Part shown: piece after piece, positions 49,713 to 57,692 of the stretch | Numbering within the stretch: the stretch's first letter is position 1 | How the letters are laid out: each line of letters opens with the position of its first letter | Assembly: GCA_023428885.1 (NCBI GenBank) | Contig: JAEYWQ010000151.1 | Span: 1 to 58,448, forward strand | Length of the DNA: 58,448 bases | DNA from: Bacillota bacterium | GTDB taxonomy: Bacteria; Bacillota; Clostridia; Lachnospirales; Lachnospiraceae | Direction: 5' to 3' | Notes under the pieces: model-generated | Database searches by the model: none | Told to the model about the DNA's origin: nothing | Seen by the model: only the letters and a program-made list of their open reading frames with translations | Made by a program: the position numbers and the translations under genes

Positions 49713-50687
49713 CTAGTTTTTCATATGTATATACCCTAAGTAATCGTAATTCTTACCTGATGGAAAACATTCTTGACAAGGAAATGCTCCTAAACTTGCA
49801 CACTCTTCTTTATTAGCGCATATAATTTGCTCTTTCTCTGGATTTTTTTCCTGATTATCCAGCAATACCACACATTCTTGATTATGATAAAGATAATATC
49901 CTTCCATCTTGGTTAGTTGATACCAATCTTTTTTGATTAGGCTTGCCCCTCCAAAAGCTACACTATTATATACCTCTTCATTACCAACCAGGGGGTATCC
50001 CTGAAACAACACTAACATGGTTGGTTTTTCAATGGACCGGCTATAAAAAGAATTATCCATAGCAGGTAGCGTAAAATGATACACTATCCCATATTGTTGT
50101 GCAATATAGTTATGTTCATTCATATAAGTAACAAGAAATTCTTCAATCGTTGCGCATATTGTCTCTCTTCTTCTTTGTTCTAGCTGGTCTTTTGTTTCAA
50201 GGATCTCTAGTAATTGCCCCTCTGAGTCATAATGCCATGCCTCTTTTGATAATGTAAACTCATAAGCTTCGTTATTTTCATCATATCGATATGGAATGCG
50301 GCTTGACCACATACGTATCAAATGCATACTTCCCTCCTTCATTTCTTCTGACAAGTAATTCAGATACAAACCATCTTCATCTACAATAACAATCAAAGGA
50401 AGGTATAGCTGTAACCTTTGCTTACCTTCAGGATCTAAAAATAGGTCAAAGGAAGCATAGATAGAATCAAGAAAAGCTGTAACTGCATCTTCTCCAGAAT
50501 GAATAATGTGTCCTTGTTCATCATAGCTTAAGGTTTCTACTGCGTGATCAACAGCCTTATGAAACTCTTGGTTTAAATGATATGTTTCATCAGTACTTGT
50601 CTCAAGCTCTGCATAAGAGATGTCTCGGATTGTTATGAAGACAATCGCAATAATTGCAAATATAATCGCATAATGAAATATACGCAC
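49713..50687 (-). CDS. Tad-locus-associated pilin-like protein with an N-terminal TM helix and a C-terminal Cys/His motif
   Basis: Hydrophobic N-terminus; C-terminal YHNQEC...CASLGAFPCQEC. Confidence 0.6.
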   Translation of the reverse strand: MRIFHYAIIFAIIAIVFITIRDISYAELETSTDETYHLNQEFHKAVDHAVETLSYDEQGHIIHSGEDAVTAFLDSIYASFDLFLDPEGKQRLQLYLPLIVIVDEDGLYLNYLSEEMKEGSMHLIRMWSSRIPYRYDENNEAYEFTLSKEAWHYDSEGQLLEILETKDQLEQRRRETICATIEEFLVTYMNEHNYIAQQYGIVYHFTLPAMDNSFYSRSIEKPTMLVLFQGYPLVGNEEVYNSVAFGGASLIKKDWYQLTKMEGYYLYHNQECVVLLDNQEKNPEKEQIICANKEECASLGAFPCQECFPSGKNYDYLGYIHMKN

Positions 50688-51147
50688 GTACTCTACCTCC
50701 AGTATAGATGGTATGATCCCTCTTCATAAACTGAACCGTAACCTTAAAATATCCCCCAGGTTCCATTATAAAGCCCTCTTCATTTTCAAGAAATGTAGCA
50801 ATCATTTCTTCTCCAGGAATTATTTGCTGATATTCAAGAACCTTACCGGTAAAGTTGTAGACACCACTCACATTCTCCAACCGATATTCTGGTTCATAGA
50901 TAATATCTTCATAACTTAAGATAATACCTATTGCCTCAGAATAGGCATTGACATCCTCATGAAAGCGCTCATAGGCATCTTTGGTTAATCTACCTTGGGT
51001 TAGAATTTCCTCCACAAATTGTTCTGCTCTTGCTTCTATCGCATGATAAGTAATCACATCACTTTTCTTAGTAAGGTACAGCATAGGAAATAATAACATG
51101 ATGCAGATAGCAATTAGAATATCAAATAGTTTTTCATATACATTCAC
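50602..51147 (-). CDS. Tad-locus pseudopilin-like protein
   Basis: N-terminal TM helix (ILIAICIMLLFP) similar to the upstream gene; probable GTG start overlapping the upstream stop. Confidence 0.6.
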   Translation of the reverse strand: MNVYEKLFDILIAICIMLLFPMLYLTKKSDVITYHAIEARAEQFVEEILTQGRLTKDAYERFHEDVNAYSEAIGIILSYEDIIYEPEYRLENVSGVYNFTGKVLEYQQIIPGEEMIATFLENEEGFIMEPGGYFKVTVQFMKRDHTIYTGGRVRAYISLCDYICNYCDCLHNNPRHLLCRA

Positions 51148-51602
51148 TGCATGCAACCTCCAATCGTGATGTCCTCTTTGGAAGAAAACATCGGTAAGAA
51201 TAGATTCGTTAATTGATCATAAAAGGATTCCGAATTCTTACGGATTGTCAAAACCAAGTAATCATCGGACTGAAACGTCACTTTAGAGTCCCTTCGCAAA
51301 ATGTCTAATACATTCTCATAATCAAGATATCTTGCATTGCTCTCATTCGGTATGGTAGGAACATAAGACTCAATCATCACAGTATAAAGATCACCTATGG
51401 CAGTTATTTGCTGAATAAAGTCTTCATACATAGCTACATCAACGTAGTGCTTTGTAGTCATCTGATAAAAAAAATACTCCATCTCCTGATTCATATAACT
51501 TTCTACTGTTTCCTTCTGCAATAATGCATCATATCGTAAGGGAAAAAGTAGCAGTAATATTACTGCCAGTATAATTGCCACCATACGCCCTAGTGAATCC
51601 AT
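51144..51602 (-). CDS. Tad-locus pseudopilin-like protein
   Basis: MDSLGRMVAIILAVILLLLFPL, then an amphipathic helix and a beta-rich C-terminus; GGAGG RBS. Confidence 0.6.
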   Translation of the reverse strand: MDSLGRMVAIILAVILLLLFPLRYDALLQKETVESYMNQEMEYFFYQMTTKHYVDVAMYEDFIQQITAIGDLYTVMIESYVPTIPNESNARYLDYENVLDILRRDSKVTFQSDDYLVLTIRKNSESFYDQLTNLFLPMFSSKEDITIGGCMQ

Positions 51603-51658
51603 AATTCCTCCCTAGCTAATCAATGATTTATCTATACTAATCCATATGCCTACATATA

Positions 51659-51811
51659 CTACTGTTGGTACCACACAGTCTGAGTAATCTGTTGATGCAA
51701 CTGCTCTAAGACCTCTTGCTCCACCGAACTTGCGGTAAACAAAAAAGCTAGGGCAATACAAAACAATATGGTTCCAAACACATGATATAAGAATGAAATA
51801 ACTTCCTCCAT
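51659..51811 (-). CDS. 50-aa single-TM pilin-like protein (absent from the ORF track)
   Basis: GGAGG RBS; MEEVISFLYHVFGTILFCIALAFLFTASSVEQEVLEQLHQQITQTVWYQQ. Confidence 0.65.
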   Translation of the reverse strand: MEEVISFLYHVFGTILFCIALAFLFTASSVEQEVLEQLHQQITQTVWYQQ

Positions 51812-51858
51812 ATTAACCTCCAAGATCTACTAAAAGGAACTTGCATTCATTTTGTTGA

Positions 51859-52299
51859 TTATTGCTGTACAAAGGTCATTGTGGTAACTACACCATTAGA
51901 ATCCAAAACCGTTTCCCCTAAGAAGTTTCCATCTGGATTAATATAATTCGCATTCTTCTTTTCCTTGGTATCCTTGTATGGATAGTTCTTGGCATCAAAG
52001 ATAATACCACCGCTCTCTGCTTGTTTCTTTCCTGTGAAAACTACGATTGAGAATACTCCATCGGTAATCTCACTCTCATATTTTTCAATTGCTTCCACCA
52101 CTTCTCTACCACTTACTTTGATTCCATCATACATTGTTTTATTAATATCTTGATATTCACTGTTCATCTTGGTGATCTGACTAATTCCTCCACTACTTGT
52201 GTTCTTAGCTTCCCTACTTATATAAAAGCCTAAGCCAACTACGATACACGTGATAACCACACCTGCAGCTAACATTAACCCCTTTAACGAATTGTCCAT
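51859..52299 (-). CDS. pilin-like protein, paralogue 2
   Basis: MDNSLKGLMLAAGVVITCIVVGLGFYISREA, YDGIKVSGREV, YINP; paralogous to 52328-52759. Confidence 0.65.
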   Translation of the reverse strand: MDNSLKGLMLAAGVVITCIVVGLGFYISREAKNTSSGGISQITKMNSEYQDINKTMYDGIKVSGREVVEAIEKYESEITDGVFSIVVFTGKKQAESGGIIFDAKNYPYKDTKEKKNANYINPDGNFLGETVLDSNGVVTTMTFVQQ

Positions 52300-52327
52300 A
52301 GTATACCTCCATTAACTAATCTGAACC

Positions 52328-52759
52328 TTATTTTTCCTCAAAAACCACACCCACGATAACATCATTGGCGTCACGAACCACAGAGCCTACAAACATACTG
52401 ATAGGATTCACATAACGAACATGAGAAAAATCCCTTAGATTTTTTAGATACTGATTCGAAACATATATTTCCTCGTGTGTTGATGTTTTAATGCTCACAT
52501 AAACAGGAGCAAGGTTTTCTGCATCGTAAGAGATTAGATTCTTCTTTGCAAAATTAACTACATCACTTCCACTTACATTCATTCCATCATATTTTGTATA
52601 ACTGCTCTCTTGTATATCCTTTTTATATTCTGAGAGCTTATTGCTAGAAGCAAGCGCTGTTGAGTGGGCCTCTCTTGCTATATAGAATCCAACACCGATT
52701 ACCATGCAAGTTAAGATAACTCCAGCTGCCAGCATCAAGCCCTTCAACGCATTATCCAT
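52328..52759 (-). CDS. pilin-like protein, paralogue 1
   Basis: MDNALKGLMLAAGVILTCMVIGVGFYIAREA, YDGMNVSGSDV, YVNP. Confidence 0.65.
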   Translation of the reverse strand: MDNALKGLMLAAGVILTCMVIGVGFYIAREAHSTALASSNKLSEYKKDIQESSYTKYDGMNVSGSDVVNFAKKNLISYDAENLAPVYVSIKTSTHEEIYVSNQYLKNLRDFSHVRYVNPISMFVGSVVRDANDVIVGVVFEEK

Positions 52760-52848
52760 AGATCCTCCTTAATCCCAATACTATCGTTTAATCGAAATTT
52801 GTGCATCAGCACAAATTTGCCGTGTGAAAATTGCAGTTTATTTTCACA

Positions 52849-54384
52849 CTATTTGCCTATACTAATCTCTTGCGAAATCTCCATTAATTTACCGATGCTT
52901 ACCGTTATAAACGGAAGAATCAGGTAGAAACCAATGGTAATAATCAGTGGCATAAAGGCAAGAAATTTACACAATACACCTTTTTTCTCTAAGTTATACT
53001 CATTTTGCTGCTTTCGCTTATCATTGTAAAAATTCTTTTCTAAGGTAAGCTCATCCATAGCTTTTTCTACACCAATTTCATCACACATCATAAGATTGTC
53101 AATTAACTTCTCCATTGCTTCATTGGCCACCCTTTCTCTTAGGTGTAGAAGGGCTCTCATCTGTCCACTCTCGAACTCTGTTAAGCAAGCTTTTAACTGT
53201 TTTCGAAAGATAAGGGCAAAGCTTTCCATTGCTTCTAATAATTCATAAGTTGAGATTCGATCCATATACATTAGCATCATTAAGATACTATGATACTGCA
53301 GCACTTCTTCCTCCATGTACATCTGCATCATTTGTCTACGATATCTTAACAGCCAGATTGGAATCTTATATGCAAAAAATGAAAGACAAGCAGATATGAT
53401 AAGGATGCTTCCAATGTAAAATAAACCATATAGTATAAGACCAATCGAAGTGACCATAAGAAATACTAAGATGCAAAAGAGTAAACGCTGGCAAAGGAAT
53501 ACCTCTAACCCAATCGTTTCGCCAACCTCTTTTAGTAACTTTCTTTGACTTCTAGCCTGCTTTGCCATCAATTCTTCGTAGTTTTGAGCAAATCTTTTGC
53601 TAATCTTACACTTTGCTATATATTGGAGAAAAGCATGTTCCCTTAATATGACTCGAACAGGAGCTTTGAAAATATAGAAGATATAATATAGTCCAAGGGT
53701 TAATACAAAGATAGATAGATAAAATATGATGTGATAGGTACCTTGATAATAGCTAGCTAATTCCTCAAGATTTTCCATCCCCCAGGCTTCGATTAACTTT
53801 AAACTCATCATAGGAAATAAGATAACAAAGGTTAATCCCACAAAATGGTGTCTGCTTGTTTTCATATTTCTCAACTCCAGATGAAGTTCAGTTCTTAAGC
53901 TTTTTAGATTGGTCAAATAAAGCGATTGCCCCTCCATATTCTTGTCCCCGAATTCCATCACCATTAAGCTTAAGGTCAGCAGCATTCCATAGTACCGATT
54001 GTCAATCTCTTTTCTAAATAGTTCTGCACTTGACTTGGGCTCTGGACTGGATAGTACTTCAATCATTCGATTAATCTTTTGGCGAAGCTTCTTATCTCTA
54101 CAGTGATCAAGAGCCTCTTTCATCGCCTCATCCACCATGCCATGAACATAATAGCGATGGCGGATCTCCGACAAGAGCCAATCCAGGCTTATGTACTCTT
54201 CTTCCTTTCTCTTCATCTCATTTCTCAGGTTCATTTCCATGTAGAGAATAAACAGAGTAATTAACGTAACTGTAAAATAGTAGAGGGAAAATGGTATATG
54301 AAAGAGGGTCAAGCCAAAAATTACAAGGGTATAGGTTATGATTCCAAGGACTAAATATTGCTTAATTCGATACTGAATTCTCAT
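52849..54384 (-). CDS. TadB/TadC-like membrane platform protein, apparently two modules in one chain
   Basis: Repeated TM / soluble helical domain / TM architecture directly after the ATPase. Start at MRIQYR, after GGAGG. Confidence 0.6.
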   Translation of the reverse strand: MRIQYRIKQYLVLGIITYTLVIFGLTLFHIPFSLYYFTVTLITLFILYMEMNLRNEMKRKEEEYISLDWLLSEIRHRYYVHGMVDEAMKEALDHCRDKKLRQKINRMIEVLSSPEPKSSAELFRKEIDNRYYGMLLTLSLMVMEFGDKNMEGQSLYLTNLKSLRTELHLELRNMKTSRHHFVGLTFVILFPMMSLKLIEAWGMENLEELASYYQGTYHIIFYLSIFVLTLGLYYIFYIFKAPVRVILREHAFLQYIAKCKISKRFAQNYEELMAKQARSQRKLLKEVGETIGLEVFLCQRLLFCILVFLMVTSIGLILYGLFYIGSILIISACLSFFAYKIPIWLLRYRRQMMQMYMEEEVLQYHSILMMLMYMDRISTYELLEAMESFALIFRKQLKACLTEFESGQMRALLHLRERVANEAMEKLIDNLMMCDEIGVEKAMDELTLEKNFYNDKRKQQNEYNLEKKGVLCKFLAFMPLIITIGFYLILPFITVSIGKLMEISQEISIGK

Positions 54385-56110
54385 TGATACCTCCATGCCC
54401 GTAAAATAGTTGCTCATACTTTTGTTTTGCCTCTTGTGATAGATGAGAGAACATTTCTTCACGCGTCTTTGGACTAATTGGATTTTTTATATGATAGCTT
54501 CCATTTTGAAAACCTAGTATTTCATTAACAAGGATCTCCTTACTTTGTAGTTCTGGAACGATTTCACAGATACGTTCAATGTATCGATGTCCGCTGGTAT
54601 CCTTTGTCATATGGACATCAAATCGTATTGAAGCCTTCACCTGCTCTATGGCAGCATCCTCATTATGAAAAGCTCCTGTGATCATCAAGTCATTCCTCAA
54701 AGATAGGACCAGATTTTGAGTCGTCTTAGCATGGTGAGTAAATAAGGTAAACTTACTTGCCACCTGAGAAATCATAACCAGCCAACTGGCAACTGGAGCG
54801 CTTGCAACTTCACCGATGATGTTAACTGTACCATCAGTCTTCTTTTGAAGATCAAGACCTTCACGCCCTGAGATTTCCGCTGTTTCACGAAAACTAACAA
54901 TATTCCGTTCTGGATAAATCTCTCTAAGATGAAGCTCAAAGACGAGTTCTTGTACACGCAAGGTGTAACTTGGGTGGATAAAACGAATCAGTGATTTTAA
55001 CAAGGTTGTCTTTCCCGAACCTTGTTCTCCTGTTACTCCTATGATCTGTTCTCCTTGAATGAGAAGTTGTAATAAACTTATCACAAGCTCTGCTCCCGGA
55101 TCTGTAATTAGCTCATTTAATTTTTGAATTCCGTGGTAATCAAACTTTCGTACAAAGAAGGACCAGCTTTCTGAAAATGGTGGCCGCACAACAACAACCC
55201 TGGAACCATCCATCATTTCATTTACAATATAACCACGAACTGCAGACAATTGACCTGGTTTTCCATATCGATAAATGTTACGACATATTTTTTGGAGTTC
55301 TTCATAAGAGGAAAATGCTAAGAATTCAAGATGAATCATCAGGCCGTGATAGAATACCCAGATTCCGTTGATTGGCACATCTGCCATTGAAGAGGTCATT
55401 GCTTCTTTGATAGATCCCGAAACACCACCAGAGATTCCATCGATGTTCATATCTCTTAATTCATCAATGGCTCCGTGCCCTTTATAATTTTGATAGAGGC
55501 GTTGTGCCAGGATTTCAAGCTTATCTAAAAAACTTAAACGTATGTTGAGTTGAAAATAGACTTCTTCCAATGCTTCTGGAGTAATCTTATAGGGCTCATC
55601 TGTTGTTACATCCACCATATCCGACGGTGTTAATTGATTTTCACGTAAGAATAAATCAAACGCATCCGCTTTCGCTATTTGCTTGTAATAGTATAAGATT
55701 ACATCAAACATATCCTGATAACTTAATCTGCTATCGTCTTCAAAAGGGATAACCTTGTCAATCGTTTCTTTCGTAATTCCATAAGTATTTAAAAGCCATT
55801 CTTTGATTTGCTCTTTGACATAGAGTTTTGCTGCTAAGCTTCCTAAATTACAATCGTGTAAGGCTTTTCTTACGATATTTTGAACCGTTTCTAATTTTTT
55901 AATCTGCATGGTACTAAGTTTTTTGTCATTGATCCAAGTGCCGGTATACATTGTAAAATATTCGTTCATCTCTTCTAAGATCACAGGTATAGAATACGGA
56001 TGATCTCTGCCTGTATTTTCTTGATCTAAGCGTGATTGGCGCAAAAACAAAACGGAGAGAAGGAATAAGAAGACGAGAAGTATAATCAGCACGACTAAAT
56101 TAATAATCAC
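54362..56110 (-). CDS. CpaF/TadA-like secretion ATPase with an N-terminal TM helix
   Basis: DGSRVVVVRPPFS..FFVRKF, Walker A GEQGSGKTT, VNIIGEV, His box FTHHA, GHRYIERICE. Confidence 0.85.
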   Translation of the reverse strand: MIINLVVLIILLVFLFLLSVLFLRQSRLDQENTGRDHPYSIPVILEEMNEYFTMYTGTWINDKKLSTMQIKKLETVQNIVRKALHDCNLGSLAAKLYVKEQIKEWLLNTYGITKETIDKVIPFEDDSRLSYQDMFDVILYYYKQIAKADAFDLFLRENQLTPSDMVDVTTDEPYKITPEALEEVYFQLNIRLSFLDKLEILAQRLYQNYKGHGAIDELRDMNIDGISGGVSGSIKEAMTSSMADVPINGIWVFYHGLMIHLEFLAFSSYEELQKICRNIYRYGKPGQLSAVRGYIVNEMMDGSRVVVVRPPFSESWSFFVRKFDYHGIQKLNELITDPGAELVISLLQLLIQGEQIIGVTGEQGSGKTTLLKSLIRFIHPSYTLRVQELVFELHLREIYPERNIVSFRETAEISGREGLDLQKKTDGTVNIIGEVASAPVASWLVMISQVASKFTLFTHHAKTTQNLVLSLRNDLMITGAFHNEDAAIEQVKASIRFDVHMTKDTSGHRYIERICEIVPELQSKEILVNEILGFQNGSYHIKNPISPKTREEMFSHLSQEAKQKYEQLFYGHGGINENSVSN

Positions 56111-56954
56111 AGGACACTCCTCCTATCATAGCCCTTCGCTGTGTTGAAGATCTCGGTCGTTGCATATACTCTTCGCTAACATGTTGTAGCTTATGGGTAA
56201 GTTTTGTTAGTTCTCTGATAAACTCATAATTTTCATCATCCTTCTCACAACCTATGTTCTGTAAGAAGAATTCAGTCAACTGGGCACAGGACATAGCATC
56301 ACGAAATTGAGTGTTATATGGAATGGTAAATGTGAGTTCTTTCTTCAAATCCTTGATACGTTTTAAGATGTTCTTAACATTCCATTCAGAGTCCGCATCA
56401 TAATTACCAATCAAAAACAGCATCTTATCATAATTAACATCATAACGTAAGAAGAAATCATCAAGAACTCTCTTATTTTGGCACAAATTCACAACGATTA
56501 AGTCTGCCTCCTCCCATGCCATCTCAATGAAATCATTCATACCAGCACTTGCATCAATAAACACCAATTCATAACAAGCTTCTGCAAGTGCCAATATTTC
56601 TTTAAAATTATCCTTGATTTCCTTCTCATAGATTTCACGATACTTTGAATTCGTACTAGGCAGGAAATCGATGCATTGCTTTGATAACGTAATACAGCTG
56701 GATGTTAATAATTGTTTTGCATTCATACCTGAACGGATTCCTTGAATCAGACGATCTACACCAATATTGTAATTTCGAATCTGCTCTCTTTTGCTCTCTG
56801 ATAACAACGGAATCTCTAACTGGTTCATCTCATATTGCGTCTGCAATAGGATACTTCTATTACCATAAACTAGATCATTCATCATAGCCACAGCAAGCAT
56901 ATTCGAACTGGTCCCTGACTGACCATGAACATTACTCCAAAATACAATCTTCAC
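56100..56954 (-). CDS. ParA/MinD/CpaE(TadZ)-like protein with a degenerate P-loop
   Basis: IVFWSNVHGQSGTSS, LVFIDASAG, ADLIVV, IPYN. Confidence 0.65.
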   Translation of the reverse strand: MKIVFWSNVHGQSGTSSNMLAVAMMNDLVYGNRSILLQTQYEMNQLEIPLLSESKREQIRNYNIGVDRLIQGIRSGMNAKQLLTSSCITLSKQCIDFLPSTNSKYREIYEKEIKDNFKEILALAEACYELVFIDASAGMNDFIEMAWEEADLIVVNLCQNKRVLDDFFLRYDVNYDKMLFLIGNYDADSEWNVKNILKRIKDLKKELTFTIPYNTQFRDAMSCAQLTEFFLQNIGCEKDDENYEFIRELTKLTHKLQHVSEEYMQRPRSSTQRRAMIGGVSCDY

Positions 56955-56957
56955 CTT

Positions 56958-57686
56958 CTACTTCCCCCTCTTTGTTACAGACATTACCTGCTCAAACTCC
57001 TTGTTCGTTATGTCTGGCAACAATGTTTCTAATGCCTGAAACAATACTTCTCTTACCCTCTTTGAGACTTTTTTAAGATTCAAATTTCTCGTGTATTGTA
57101 ACAAGAGCCTTGAAGATTTATCATTCACATCATATTCCAAACAATGAACCTGATTCCTTATCCCACTCATGTTATCAAGTAACAAATCTCTGGCTTTGAT
57201 CTTACATGGTACAATATCTTGAATAATAATTATCTTAGGCACTTCCATCCCTGAGAATAGTAAACGTATCCGGTTAAAGTTATGTTTTTGCATATCAGTA
57301 ACAAGAAATAATAGATTGCTTTGTGATAAAGCAGAATGACCAATCAAGTAGCCAAAATCAATGATTACATAATCATATTCATGATTCATTTGATAAAGAT
57401 ATGGATTGATAAAATCATAATATAATTGCCAATCTTCAAATCTTGGAATAAAGTCGATTCCTTTATTCTCGAGTATACAAGGAATTGTAATTTCACAGCC
57501 AAGCCCCTCACTATCATACATAGATTCCGACAGTGCTTTGCTTTCTGATAAATCAATTAATAATACCTTATATCCTAATTGGTATAGTAATTCAGCAAGA
57601 TAGCGCTCTAAGTCGTATTTATCACCTCCAACAAAAGAAATAATCTTTGGATTATCTATAGGTCTATCCGCAAAAATTTCAACCAT
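56958..57686 (-). CDS. degenerate ParA/MinD-like protein
   Basis: IISFVGGDK, GYKVLLIDLS, YDYVIIDFG. Confidence 0.6.
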   Translation of the reverse strand: MVEIFADRPIDNPKIISFVGGDKYDLERYLAELLYQLGYKVLLIDLSESKALSESMYDSEGLGCEITIPCILENKGIDFIPRFEDWQLYYDFINPYLYQMNHEYDYVIIDFGYLIGHSALSQSNLLFLVTDMQKHNFNRIRLLFSGMEVPKIIIIQDIVPCKIKARDLLLDNMSGIRNQVHCLEYDVNDKSSRLLLQYTRNLNLKKVSKRVREVLFQALETLLPDITNKEFEQVMSVTKRGK

Positions 57687-57692
57687 TTCTAC

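Noticed and set aside
50602..50687. Frameshift or pseudogene suggested by the 86-bp overlap of two Tad-locus ORFs and a Cys-rich tail
   Set aside because: The downstream gene has its own GGAGG RBS and GTG start; the tail is most simply run-on to the next stop, not a real domain.
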